Shown here: positions 36,801 to 51,428 of the stretch, in pieces
Layout of the letters: every line of letters starts with the position of its first letter
How positions within the stretch are numbered: the first letter of the stretch is position 1
NCBI GenBank assembly: GCA_964016885.1
Contig: OZ024741.1
Coordinates: forward strand, 136,710,001 to 136,774,000
Reading direction: 5' to 3'
Origin: Eledone cirrhosa
Taxonomy: Eukaryota
Length of the DNA stretch: 64,000 nucleotides
Program-made: the position numbers and the translations under genes
Notes under the pieces: model-generated
What the model was told of the DNA's origin: nothing
The model's input: only the letters and a program-made list of their open reading frames with translations
The model's database searches: none

Positions 36801-37345
36801 GACGAACCCACAACATACACACGTCAACATACATACCTACATCAGCACACATCTCTACCCACATATAAACACAATGACATACGTAAACACACATGCTCTA
36901 TGGTGCAACACAAAAAAATATATGTGCATATATATGTGTATATATATGTATATATGTATATATATATATATATGTATATAGTGAATATATGTATGTGTGT
37001 ATATATATATAGTGAATATCATTTCACACCTTTTATTGTTAAGATTTTTGATGTTCTATTAAGAGAACCGATTTTACTGAAAAAATCGAATAATGTACAC
37101 CATTTTACCAGGGGGAAAAAATACTGGTCCAACCCCCTCCCACACACACACACACACATATATACACACACACATACACACGCGTACATCAACATACAAA
37201 GAGACTTATATACACACACACACACACACGCGCACTTCTCCGTATAAGACAAAAACTGAAAAATATCTTTTGACATGCTAAAATACCCCCCATTGCTTTC
37301 AGACACATTCTTACTGACCATCCCTGCCACCACGAATTACTCTGC

Positions 37346-37404
<59 letters not shown>

Positions 37405-37482
37405 ATTTCAATAGCCATTTGACACACATCGCTGCTAACCATTATCACAACATCGAACACCTTACTACTACTACTACTACTA

Positions 37483-37529
<47 letters not shown>

Positions 37530-37845
37530 TTGTTGTGAAAGAGTCATTTCTCAATCTTGGCGCAAAACCAATTTTGTATTCACATGACCTCTACCGACCA
37601 ATCAAAATTGTTTTGAACACAAGAATTGTTGCTGGAGCCACTTTTTTAACATAAAAACAGTCTTGGCGCAAAATCAATTTTTTACACTCACATGACCTCT
37701 ACCGACCAATCAAAATTGTTTTGACCACAAGAAATTTTGCAACACCAAAGTAACGCTGGAGCCACTTTTTTAACATAAAAACAGGTAGAATTCCCAAAAC
37801 TAATCAGATCAGAGCAAACAGCACGGACACTCTATCTCAAAATTA

Positions 37846-37882
37846 TTTTTGAAAAGCATTTAGAAATGCGCAACCGGTAAAA
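37846..37882 (+). ncRNA. U3-A8 minimal hammerhead, probably inactivated (GAAA>GCAA)
   Basis: TTT-TTGAAAA-GCATT taga AATGC-GCAA-CCGG-TA-AAA, homologous to 2954-2991. Confidence 0.65.
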
Positions 37883-38062
37883 ACTTAAAAACTTAAAACC
37901 ACAACTGAATACTAACCCATACAATCACTAATACTCTTTTATTCCTAATTAAACCATTTTTCAACTGTGAACAATTTGTCAGCATTTTCTATTCCGTTTA
38001 CCAATATATAATAACTTGTGTGTTACACCTCTATTCTTTTAACTATATATATATATATATAT

Positions 38063-38452
38063 GTAGAAATTCTATTTAAATTGTTGGGATACAACAAGCA
38101 AATATTTTTATAACTAATATAAAGCACTCAACAAATTATTGGAGTAAAATACGATATATTAACAAATGGAAACTATATTTATAAAACCTTATTTATTTCA
38201 TTATACATATTTCAAGGACACCAAGTTAAATTATGGTGTGCTTTCATCAGATAAAATATAATATAGATCAGTTTTATAAATAAATATAGACATACCCTTA
38301 AAAAATGCGACCATTTCTGTTGGAAGCTCCCGGATAGTAGGGTTATTATATTTTATCTGATGAAAGCACACCATAATTTAACTTGGTGTCCTTGAAATAT
38401 GCATAATGAAATAAATATGGTTTTATAAATATAGTTTCCATTTGTTAATATG
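38063..38452. mobile_element. HHR element family H1, two opposed arms
   Basis: ~38155-38262 is the reverse complement of ~38345-38450; CTGATGA core in both arms. Confidence 0.85.
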
Positions 38453-38476
38453 TGTATATATATATATATATATATA

Positions 38477-39426
38477 CTTAAGGTAAAGATTGATGCAATT
38501 CAAATCAAGCACTCAACGTACTTTTTCCACATAGAAGTGACGGAGTATATATATCGAATAAGAAAAAGCGAAGTAGTTTCAGATGTTAAAGTCCTTTAAT
38601 GATAATGCTGTGATACATATTTCAATGACGACAGTGGCCACACGCTTCGGTGTGCCGGGTGCCGTGACAGCTTCTTACATAATAAGGTTATGTTTCCGAG
38701 GCAATCCAAATTGAATCGACAGGGGAACGGACAAAGCGTGTGTTCTTGAATCCTTCGTACATTCCCTTACTATAATTTAAACATCTCCCTATTTATTAGT
38801 TATTATATGTACATATTTTTTTACTGACTTCAATCAAGATTTTAACTTGTAATTTTTTTAATTTCTAATTTTCAAACATAATTTCCACTGTGAAACCATA
38901 ATACCTAGAAATAAGTATATATTCTCTTAGCGGGTGATGGTCAATTCAATTGTCCAAGCATAATTTAGTATTGAGACCTATTGAAACTCATACTCTCCCA
39001 CCCCCACTAGGTTTCGGCCAACTGCCACTGGCAGGGAGACTAGCAGTAAACTATAACCGTGTCATATTACAGACCTGGATGGGGTGTTTGTTTGGTTGAG
39101 AGGGGGACCTGCCTAGGCGAGTTTCGTAGAACTTTGGGGTAGTGGATGGTCAACTTTCTTCGGACTTGCGCCTGCGCAGACCGGTGGGGGTGAATTGGGA
39201 CTCACAAGGGAACCGGCGAAGGATTCAAGAACACCCTCTTTGTCCGTTCCCCTGTCGATTCAATTTGGATTGCCTCGGAAACATAACCTTATTATGTAAG
39301 AATCTGTCTGATGATGTCACAACACCCGGCACACCGAAGCGTGTGGCCACTGTCGTCATTGAAATATGTATCACAGCATTATCATTAAAGGACTTTAACA
39401 TCTTAAACTACTTCGCTTTTTCTTAT

Positions 39427-39430
<4 letters not shown>
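38477..39430. mobile_element. Non-coding HHR element, two opposed arms
   Basis: ~38557-38757 is the reverse complement of ~39217-39428. HHR at 39304-39376 (CTGT-CTGATGA-long stem II-GAAA-TATGTA-TC-ACAG); the left arm has lost the core by a deletion between tgtc repeats. Confidence 0.8.
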
Positions 39431-39510
<80 letters not shown>

Positions 39511-39633
39511 GTAGATAAATCTACCAAGAGTTTACGGTAGTACACATATATATCCTAGAAACGATCGTTAAATAATGAACTTTTTTTGTTTAATATAAGG
39601 AACTGTTTCATTGTTTTATTCATTATTTTTTTA

Positions 39634-40009
<376 letters not shown>

Positions 40010-41740
40010 TGATTGATACTTCTTGTCAGAAGAGTGCAATCCCTTCATTGAACATAGCACGATCATATGCACGCAGACATGCTTTTGTTTTGCAGACACG
40101 TTCACAGATGTGACACTTGAACTGTCTGTCAATACCGGCTGGGGTGTGTCTTCATGCATTCTACCATGTCTGGTCTGTCTCGCAGCTGACTTGCAAATGA
40201 AGCCACATTCACTGCAAATGTACCGTGGAGTGTGCGGCGGTAGAAGCATCACACGGGAAGCTCCATTTCTCTCTAGCTCGTGTTATTTCAAATGGTTGAC
40301 AAATCCAGCTCTTGTTAGAAGAAATCGACCACACACATTGCACCTCAATTCCTGCTGGATTTTTGCAGGTACTGCACATGAGTCCTGCTGACGAAGTGTA
40401 TATCATGCTTCAATCGCTTTTTCTCAAAGACACCACATACATATTTAATTATCTTTCTGTGTGATGTACGGCCTTCAGCCTGTCTCTCCCAGTTCTCCAG
40501 TCTTTCCCCGCTTCTTTGGTTTATACTGTGACGTTTTTCCTCTGGTCACTTAACCATAAAATAACTGTTTAGGCAGCCTTCCATCTTCCATCCTGACCAC
40601 ATGATCAGCCCAATGCATCTGGTTCATAATAATCCTCCTCTCAATATTGGTGTTGTCCACTTTCTCAAGTACTGCAGCATCAGGTGTGTAAGAGGACCAC
40701 TTGGTGTTCAGGATGCGTTGGATACAATGCTAAGGAAATCTTTCCTGCTGCCTGATGTGACGCCTGTAAGTTGTCCACATTTCGCACCTGTATAGCAGGG
40801 CTGCCTCATATTCAGAGAGCTTTGTATTTCTCGTGATACCCCTGCTTTGACCAGACTCGCTACTGAAGCTTCCCGAAAACAAGACTCCCTTTCGCAATCC
40901 TGTGATTTATTTCAGCATTGAGGGTACCAACTCTACTAAGTGTACTTCCGAGATACACAAATCTGTCCACCACCTCAAGTCTTTTTCCTCTTACGAAAAT
41001 GTCTGGCTTCACATACACTTCCCCAACTGGTGTCATTTTATACTAATATTTAGCCTAAACACAATGCATGCATTGGAGTCCAATATCAACTGCATGTCCT
41101 CTAACTGTGTGAGCATCATCAACATACAGGAACTCCCTAACAAGTGTGCCAAATGTTTTGGACTTGGTGCTAAACAGTCTTAGATTAAAGACTTGGAAAG
41201 CAGCAGCACGGCAAAGTGAACAGAGTGGATCCACAATCCTCCAAAATGGCACCAATGAAGTCAAAAGATGGTAACGTCTTTATCAAAAATCCAGCAGGAA
41301 TCATGAAACTGTGGATTGAACACTTTAAAGATATGTTTGATAAACCATCTGTAGTTGATGAGGAAATTATTAATGAACTGCCGCAAAGGGAGACTGTAAC
41401 AGAAATTATAAATGATCGAACCAGTGATAAGATAAGGTCTACTATCAAAGAGATAAACATAGCGAAAGCTCCAGGTGTGGAAAGAATAGCTGTTGAGCTG
41501 ATCCGCATTGGAGGAGATAATGTTGCTATGACCATTCATAAGCTAATCTTATCTGTATGGCATGGTAAGCCTGTTCCGCAAGCCACAGTAGATGCAAATT
41601 TGCTCTCGATTTACAAGGGCAAGGGCTCCAAGTCGGAATGTGGTGATTATTGTGGTACAAGTCTGCTCGAATCAGTAGGAACATTCTCATCCAAGGTGTT
41701 GCTGAATCGTCTAATAAAATTGATCTGCCTTGGTGCCATC
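40010..41740. mobile_element. RTE LINE with inverted 5' segment
   Basis: 40010-41190(-) has VFNLR..FLYVDD...[14 protein letters not shown] zinc fingers; 41200-41740(+) has KSKDG...WIEHF...KAPG...YKGKG...LLNRL. Confidence 0.8.
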
Positions 41741-41744
41741 ACCT

Positions 41745-42193
41745 CCTCGCTCTACATAATGACGTATTATCTTCGTTTTTTCCGTTCATTGCCAGAGAAC
41801 GTCTCCATGAACATCCTAATAGAATATTAGTCTACGACTTCTTTTATACCATAAACGTGGTTTTGTCTTTGCGTGTAATTGTTTTTCACCGCTCCAAATA
41901 ATGACGTATTATCTTCGTTTTTTCCCGTTCTTTGCCAGGGAACGTTTCCACGAACCAAAGTATCGTCTTCCTGTCTTCCTCCAGTTGCAACGTTTTTTGA
42001 AATATTTACTTCTGCGTTCACAGATTGACTTTTTTAGTTTCAGAAGATCCCGTTGAGGGTGAAAGCAGCGATTCTTTGCTTAAACTTTAATCTGTTATTT
42101 TAATAAATATTTGCTCTACGGTTCTTATATATTTGATATATATTTATCCTTATCGAGCCCTCTTTGGATTTTAGTCTTCAAATTTATTATTAT

Positions 42194-42197
<4 letters not shown>
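41745..42197 (+). mobile_element. Non-coding HHR element (CAGAAGA core) with internal ~140-bp tandem unit
   Basis: Homologous to 63159-63745(-). HHR at 42036-42086: AGTTT-CAGAAGA-T-CCC gttga GGG-T-GAAA-GCA..TGC-TT-AAACT. Confidence 0.75.
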
Positions 42198-42232
<35 letters not shown>

Positions 42233-42233
<1 letters not shown>

Positions 42234-43038
42234 GAGGTGTGTCTGAAAAAGTAACAGGACCTTGGGTACAGTGTGAGCTTTGAGTGGCGTAGGGATTAGC
42301 GGTTGCGTCGTAGATTGACGTAATATATATAATTGCAATCTGCAACCATCGTATGTTTTTGGGGGATGTTTTTCTTACCAGCTATTCAATTTTAGGCCGT
42401 CGAGTAATGGGCACAAACCAATCTGAAGTTTCTGGTCCGGCTGCGGAAAGCTCCGTCAGAAGCACTCAGAATACTGCAGCAAGTGTATGAAGATGAGACG
42501 ATGCTGTGTGCATAGATTTTCGACTGGCACAAATGATTTAAAAGGGCGCGAGGGGGTGAAAGACGACGCCAGGAGCGGCAGGCCTTCAACGAGCAGGACT
42601 GAGGCCAACGTTGAGCGCGTCGGGAAAATGGTGAGTGGAGATCGTTGTCTGACTGCTTGACTGATCGCAAGTGAGCTGGGCATGAACTGCGACAGCGTTT
42701 GGAAGATTATCCCTAAAGATATGGGCATACAGAAAATCGCCGGCTCACAACCTCCTTCTTCATATCTTGCTCCGTGTGAATATTTTCTTTTCCCCAAGTT
42801 CAAGGGGTTCATGAAGGAAACCCGTTTTGAAGGCGTGGAGGCCATCAAGAGGGCCATAACAAAGGAGCTGAGGGGCATCCCAGAAGAATCCTTCCTGTAG
42901 GGCATAGAAGCATGGCAGAGAAGGATGGAAAAGGGCATTAGACTCGAAAGGGATTAATTGAAATAAAACCATATACTTGTTTCGAATTGAAATAAATCTT
43001 TTGTGACACCAATCCCGTTACTTTTCAGACAGACCTCG
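42233..43038 (+). mobile_element. Internally deleted mariner DNA transposon
   Basis: TIRs cgaggt(g/c)tgtctgaaaa..gtaac.gga, TA on both sides; transposase remnants HTH...RSGRPST and PPSSYLAPCEYFLFPK. Confidence 0.9.
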
Positions 43039-43052
43039 TATATATACATACA

Positions 43053-43210
<158 letters not shown>

Positions 43211-43284
43211 TTTATAGTAGTATTGTATGATAGATATATATATATATATTTGATATATTTGATATATTTGATATGTATTAGATG

Positions 43285-43431
<147 letters not shown>

Positions 43432-43559
43432 TAGTTGGCTCAACGCGCGCAGTTTAGTACATACACTACAGGCATATTGGCTTTGTATTGTTATTAATGC
43501 CTGTGGTAGTGACAGGGCACGTCTGGGGGCAACAAACGTCTTCTTCGATGATCTGCGTG

Positions 43560-44400
43560 AGGTGCTATCTCAAAGTTGTTCCACACCTTGTTACTCGCAC
43601 TGGGAGGCCTGAACTTTTGATACAATTTCCTTTTTGTCTGTTCTCCTTGGTATGGCAGATCAATGTAGACCCAGGTTTTATCTTTCTTCTCTCATTCCTT
43701 TCTCTCATTCCTTTCTCTCTTATTCTTTCATCTTGCTGGTGTTGTTGTTTTTGGTGGTGGTGGTGGTGGTCTGCGAGTGGTTGTGGTTGCTATTAGAATT
43801 AAAGGTGGTGGTTGGTGTTGATTTGTGGTGTCTTTGACTGTATTTTTTTTTCTTCTCTTATACTCTTTTCTTTCTTACAGCCTCTCTTTAACAGCAGTTT
43901 CTGAAAGTTGTTTAGCACGGATCTTGCTTGGGTTACTTCGTTCTATCTGCCCGTATGGCATATAAGTTTGTTCCTGGCCACGATGTTTAGCCTTTGTGGA
44001 TATGCTGAGTCTGGGTGGAGGAAGATATCTCTCTTGGCTTCTTTTTCATAGAAGCTGATACTGGGCCTTTCATGAAGCTAGGGATAGGGTAAAGTCGAGC
44101 AGACTTAGGGAACCATCAGCTGTTGGGTGTTCGATGTCGAACTTGATGATTTTGTGTAGTTTATTAGATAGTTTTTATATTTCCTCCACCTCATCCCTGT
44201 AATTGGTTAGCACAAGTGTGCCATCTACGTATCTCCGGTATAATGTGATGTGTCGTCGAGGGGGCAGTGCTCTTCTTTCCGGGCTCTCCATTGTTAGGGT
44301 TACCAGGGTTCCCATCTGAAGGCCATTGGATTGCCTGTAGATGGTGTTTTTATTCCTGAAGAATGTGTTGTTGGTAGAGAATTCCATAAGCGAGGTGAAG
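43560..44400 (-). mobile_element. Degenerate PLE RT remnant
   Basis: YRQSNGLQMG...LYRRYVDGTLV (ORF 44175..44387) and downstream KFDIE...LSLLD. Confidence 0.65.
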
Positions 44401-45323
44401 CATGCTAATGGAAAGTATGCTGTTTTTTAAACAAGTTTTATCTCGTTTATTGTATTTTATATTCTATATTGTCGCTATAGCTTACTCGTTTTACTTTGCC
44501 CTGAACCGCACGCACTACAAAAAACTACACAACCTACTATAGATACGTATATATGATAAATTTTATATGAATTATATGATATATATATATATGTTTTTAA
44601 GATGTAATATATGATATATAAATATTTGACTATATATATTATACTTATATATGATACAATTTTATATATTTTTTATGACTTATATGTGACATTTTGAGAT
44701 TTTAATATATAATATATTATCTATATACGATATTTTAAATATATATTATATGATTTATGCATGATATTTTGAATATGCATCATATAATGTTATATAATGT
44801 ATATATGATATTTCATATGTTATTGAACTATCTTACCAAATCTTTACATATTCTTTAATAACTATAAATTTCTTTGTATTTTCTTTCCAATCGAAATAAT
44901 AATGTATTTATTTATTGTTTCACTGTTATTTTTTATTAAATATATAATCGAATGAAATATTTTTTAATGATATCTCCTCCCTTTTTTTAGTTACCTCATC
45001 AATCTCATTTCATCCAATTGTTTTGATTTTCAAATGTAAATGTCATCTTATTGGCTCAACTGTTGTTTTGTTTTGTTCAATTTTCTGTTGATTTTGTTTG
45101 TATTTTCACAATTTTTTTCCTTTATTCTATCTGATTCCTTCTGTTCACCTTCTGTTCACCTGGCCACCACTGGTTTGTTTGTTCCTTTCTAATGATACAA
45201 TTCTTTACAACCTTCCTTAAAATTTGATTTCTTTCAATTTTTCCCCTCCCGTTTTTCATTTTCCGTTTTTCGTTTTTCGATTTTTCCTATTAGAAATTTT
45301 TATTTTTGCTTTAATGAAGTCCG

Positions 45324-45366
<43 letters not shown>

Positions 45367-45751
45367 CATTATTATGTTCAAATCGTAGCAAGTTGATAAA
45401 AGAGTTGTTCTGACACTAACATGTCTATTGTATGTGATTTCTGTATGATTCATTGAAATCCCAAGTCATTTAGTTTCCATACTGTTTAGTGTTCCAAACA
45501 AACAGAGAATCATATAAAAAACAATATTGCATTCGTGACATTCACATAGCCGAAAATAATGAAGATAATTTTTAAGTTTATTTCTTTATTTGATGTAGTA
45601 GTAATATATAACAGAAACACAGCCACTCACATATGAACACACACACACACACACATAGATATACATTCTCAGACACTTACATTCACACACATTCTCATTT
45701 ATATATATATATATATGTGTGTGCGTGTGTGGCTGTATATATATATGTATG

Positions 45752-45796
<45 letters not shown>

Positions 45797-45951
45797 TTAT
45801 ATATATATATATATGTATATGTATATATATATATATGTGTATATGTATATATATATAGAGAGAGAGAGAGAGAGAAACAGAGAGAGAGAGATATGTGTGT
45901 GTGTGTATATACACCCACGGTGGGAAGAGAGAGTGTGTGTGTGTGTGTGTG

Positions 45952-46036
<85 letters not shown>

Positions 46037-46294
46037 TGAGTGGGTTGATGAAAGATAGAGAGATTATAATATTAAGCGTTTAATATTACAAATTACAAAT
46101 ACAAATCCAATATTTTACCAACTCTACTAAGAATATTATAACTTTTGGGGGATGTAAGTGAGAAAGAAAGAAGATTCATCTATTTCGTTTTTGAAGGATT
46201 TTTATGAGACTTCTTCTTCTTCTTCTTATTCTTCTTCTTCTTCTTCTTCTTCTTCTTCTTCTTCTTCTTCTTCTTCTTCTTCTTCTTCTTCTTC

Positions 46295-46440
46295 ACAACC
46301 TCTCCCAGATGTAATCTGTCAGAGGCTGAGGTTGCAAGAGCAGTTAAAGAGCTCAAATGTGACAAAGCCGCTGGGAAAGATGAAATCCAGCCAAGATGTT
46401 AAAAGCCTTAAATAGAGTAGGTATTCTCTGGCTGACTGTT
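46295..46440 (+). mobile_element. RTE fragment
   Basis: LSEAEVARAVKELKCDKAAGKDEI pre-RT motif. Confidence 0.55.
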
Positions 46441-46677
46441 TCTTGTCTAATTCTTTTACTGGTTTCAGTCATTAGAATGTAACCAAGTAAGCATTCTAAG
46501 GCACCACTTTGTAGAGATTTAGTAAATAATATCAACACCAATATTTATTTACTCTGGTATTTATTTTATAGATTTCATGTTATCGATCCGCTGGGTTACA
46601 GGGCATATACACAAACACAGACACAAACGTAAACTCACTCCTACACACTCATATATAATTATATATATATATGTGTT

Positions 46678-46772
<95 letters not shown>

Positions 46773-47840
46773 CTGTGTGTGTGTGTGTACCTGTGTGTTT
46801 AAATATTAACAATTCTATCAATTCATTATCTCTGGACAGATACCTTACTTATCGTTACCCCGGTGTGTTTTCAACTTAGAATACAATGTGTTGTGACACA
46901 TAGTGAACTTCTGAATAATATATGCTCAGCTTCAAACTCAACTGAGCTTCATTTTGGTATTTTCCCGAATGGCGCTTCGTATAAGAAACATTTTATAAAC
47001 TACTCCATTGAGTAGAATATTTGATCCTTTCCTTTCTTACACCTGGTATCTACAGTAATAAAAAAACGTTCCTATTTAAGCTTGTTTTGCATTGACACAT
47101 TAGGGATACACACATAAAGCATTGACACATTAAGGACACACACATAAATGCTAAGCTTCATCATCAATTGATTGGACAGAGATCAAACAATGTTGTTACG
47201 CTATAATGAGCGACATAACAACAGTCGATATTCCTAGTAGATCTTGCCTCCTGCAGGCTAAGCGGATATTTACACAATAAAATAATGAAACCTAGAATCA
47301 ATGTAGAAAAAAAAACAGAGAGATCTAATATGGAATTGACTGGGGAATAATTCAAGCAACTTCTCCAACGAGGAAAATGTCATTTGTAAAGCCATTTGTT
47401 ATGAGTATTCTATGATTAGCTTTTGCTCAAGGAACACCCTCACAGTGTTTGTGCATGCAGTGACACATGGCTATTTGTTTGTATAGTTGTATACTTCAAT
47501 CAGACAAATGTTTGTATTATATACAATGTTCATTTATAAATTAAATGTACTTCGTTGATTACCAGTAAATGATTTTCTAATACATGTTATATGGATTTGT
47601 ATGCATGTCTGAATTTCTTCGCTCACACTTCTGGCAATGTTTGTCATTTATCAATCGGTTATTATTTGATATGCGAATTGATACAGTCGTTAGAACGTCA
47701 GATAGAATGCTTTAAGATATTCGTTCTAGCTCTCTGCACTCTGAATTCAAATCCCGTTGTGGTCAAATTTGTCTTTCATCCTTTCGAGGTCGATAAATAA
47801 AGTAGTATAAGGGCAATTTCTTCCTCTACCTCTCTTGATC

Positions 47841-47936
<96 letters not shown>

Positions 47937-50255
47937 TCTCTTTATTTATTTCTATCTCTGGAAGAAATTGGTTGTGTACCAGCCTGGAGAAGGATGTGCT
48001 CCACCATGTTTAAAATGCCTACGACTCCGCCAATCGTTGTTTCCTTTTCTAAATTATTTATATTATTTTCATTCTCATTTGTATACAATTAAGATATGCT
48101 TCGTTAATTACAAGTAAATTTTACATGTCATATGTATTCTTATATAGTTGCTTTCTAAATATAGACGTTGAAGTGACAGGGTCTGTAGAGCGTCGGATTA
48201 AATGCTTCGGTATTTTCCGAGTCCTAATCTCGCCGAAGTTAACTTCACCTTTCATCCTTTTGGGATCGATGAAAAAAAAAAGTTTAGCAGAATTTCTTAA
48301 TGAATCAGATTCTGATAGATCGTTGTGCATTCTGAATACAAATTCCACTTCTTTCTGTAGGAATTGTAGCCGACAGATAGTATCAACAATGGAAAGACTA
48401 ATAGAAATATTGTTTTCTTGGTCTCATCTGACGATCGGATCCTTTCATTCCCCCTTATACACATCTCTGTATTTCTTCACTCATACTTTTGGCAACGGTT
48501 ATTAATAGACCTACAGCCGTCATTCGCAATCGAGCAGGACTTGGTAGTTTGTACGATGCTTTCACTTAGTGATTTAAGCGTCCATACAGTCTCGACCCTC
48601 CATTCAATGATCCAACGGAACATCCATGATGTGACAGCTGGAAAGAGAAAGAGATGCACCAGCAATGAACTGGTACTTTTTTTATCACCCCGAAAAGATG
48701 AAAAGCAAAGCAGTCCTCTTATTGGGATTTGAACTCAGAATATAGTGTCTCGGAACAAATATCCAATGCTCTAATGACATTAGCAAATTACTTATATTAT
48801 TTTCATTTTCACCATAACTTTCTTCATGTTTCTCACTTTTTCCTCAGCCTACTCTTCTCCCACTTCTTCCATTCCTGTATTCATGTTTTTCTTTCGACTA
48901 GTTTCACTCAGTTGTGTTTAAAAAAATGTTCAGCTTTATAAAGAATAGTAATCTCACCGTGTTATGTTTTTGTGTTTAGAGCTTTCTAGCTTTTGCCTAC
49001 TTCTTGGAGAAAATATTATTTTTACTACAGAAAAACGAAATCTTTTCTATGTTTTTATAATGGTATTAAAGTCTTCGCAGAGTTTCTGCTTCTGCCAAAA
49101 TATTTTTTGCCTCTGTTGTTCAGCCATAATCTCTTTCGGTGCACAATTTCAGGTATGCAACGGTGCTTTGTTGATTTCGTATTCCATTTTCTTAGCATAT
49201 TGCATCAACCAACCAAAGCTCTTTACGATAATATTCATTATGTATATCTTTCGTCAAGAAACCCCGGATATGCGAGCAGATATCGTATATGTTAGGAATT
49301 TTTTATCCGAAATGCCTGGAACACGAAGGGATTCGAGATTTGGATATTTTAGATTGAGGAATATTCATATATTTTGTGTACAACATCTATAAAATGGGTG
49401 AGCCAAGGGATGGAACTCAAGCCTATATACGATATCCATTTCGAATTTTGGAATATCGAATGAAAAGATTCAGTCAAGAAGACGAAGGTCTATTTTTGTG
49501 TTACGTCACCAATTCTGAGAGATATCAATGACAAAAGAAGTTGAGAACTTTAAAAAAATTATTTTCATAGTCATGAGAGAAAAAAAAAGACATTTCCCAT
49601 ATTCATTGTAGATATATTTAATACTCCCGGACGTGTGAGATTATTATAGTTGGCGTTTATGTAGAACTTCCGTTGGTCGACAGGGAAAATGTAGGCGAAA
49701 CATAAATTCCAGAGGCAGCTTGGGAAAACCGTGTAACAATATTAAACTTAGCCCAAACAATGCGTTTTATGAAACAAAACATGGTTTAATTCAGTTTTTT
49801 TCAGCCTTAAAAGATTTTATTCAGAGAACCAACAAACACGTTTCTTTCTTTATCGCGCCATAGAAATAGTAGTGTTTATTGTATGGCAAGCAAGAATCGG
49901 AAGAAGAAGAAGGACAGAAAAACAGAAACAGAAGAAATCACTAGCAGCAGCAGGTGCCCGCTGGTTTAGCCCTCGGTCAGTTCAAGCGATACATTCTTCA
50001 AGTCTAATGCTAGAATTTCATCCTCTTTTTTTACTGTGAATAATTTTTCATAAGTTGAAGATAGAAATAGAAAAGTAGTAGAAAATTGCAATATACATCA
50101 GTGCATCCAACACAGATGTCGTTTGAGTATTTGAATTAATTCTGCCCCAAAAAAGCAAACAGGTTTTTGTTCCTTCACACGCATTATCTGGGCCTTTGGG
50201 TTTTCTTCTTCTTCTTCTTCTTCTTCTTCTTCTTCTTCTTCTTCTTCTTCTTCTT

Positions 50256-50445
50256 CATTGGAGGGTCATGCGAACAGAGTCCTCAAACACGCCACCTAGC
50301 TGCTCCTGTCAGAAGCAACTGTCTCCAATCAGTCCGGCTGGATACCCAAGCGAGACCAGCCGAGCTCATTTATGTTTTCCAACCATCTTGTTCGGGGTCT
50401 ACCCCTGGGTCTCATGCCGGCTGCTTTTGCCCGTAAAATCTTTCC
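50256..50445 (-). mobile_element. RTE 3' fragment with (GAA)n tail
   Basis: G.RPRGRPRTRWLENI..L...RLGI....L..VA.DR..W C-terminus, followed on the minus strand by (AAG)n. Confidence 0.65.
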
Positions 50446-50655
50446 AGCAATTATATATATATATATATATATAATCAACGTTTAGAAAATAAGAAAAAGT
50501 TTTAAAATAAATTTTAAAAAGTTCACTGTACCTGCCATAATTACCCTTACCGCGCGGTTTCAAGTCTCAAAATAAATGGATAATCCATGCGGATGGGTGT
50601 GTGGGTGTGCGTGTATGTGTTTGTGCATCTGTATATGTCTACATGTGAGTGTATG

Positions 50656-50760
<105 letters not shown>

Positions 50761-51219
50761 TAGGTGTAGAGTAATAACCATATTTTTTTTATAAGTAAAC
50801 AAGAGTATGGCGTAGATTCACATGAATAACTATTGTACGCATGATTAAACTATGACACAGTAAAGAAATAATTACTAAAAGTGGTAATCAATATAACCCA
50901 AAGTTACAAAATTTCTGATTTTCTAGCTAAAGTTTAAAAGGTTAACAAGGCATATTTAATTTTGAATGGTTTAATCGATAAATAGCTATCACTTCTAATA
51001 GTTAGCGCTATTTAACAAAATGAAATCAATTATCAACTTTGTGTAGTCTATTAATTTCAATAATTCCCTCAACTATGTTTTCAGTATCTTTAACGTCTCT
51101 CGGTTAAATGGATTAAAGTCATTCACAAAAATAATCGTTATTACTAAAATAACTAAGGCAAAGTTGTTTTATTTTCGTTTTATGATTTATGGCATCATTT
51201 TCAGTGCAGTATAACGAAG

Positions 51220-51420
51220 ACGTGTGAATTAGTGGTTAGGTGTGTAGGGTTCTTAATCGTATGTCAGTGATTTCGATCACCGTCTTAGGCGGCATACTGT
51301 GTCCTTGAGCAAGCCACTTTATTTCACGTTGCTCCAGTCCACTCCGTTGCGGGGGGATTATGTTGCGACGACGCTGGTGTTAAGATGTATCAGCTTTTAG
51401 GTTTCTCTTGGATATAATCA
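51220..51420 (+). mobile_element. tRNA-derived SINE family S2 (CORE-like central block)
   Basis: tagtggttag...ttcgatc...tgtgtccttgagcaagccacttta. Other copies at 54795-55120(+), 56260-56440(-) and ~32955-33060(+). Confidence 0.7.
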
Positions 51421-51428
51421 TATATACA

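Larger units (their letters stand above)
33570..38040 (+). mobile_element. Penelope-like element PLE2 with upstream ORF1, RT-GIY-YIG ORF2 and 3' HHR
   Basis: ORFs below; 3' UTR with duplicated ~110-bp unit (37555-37780); HHR-like 37846-37882; (TA)n at ~38044. Confidence 0.9.

Noticed and set aside
48964-49392. 142-aa and 100-aa ORFs
   Set aside because: No recognisable motifs or splice context; likely chance ORFs or decayed transposon sequence.
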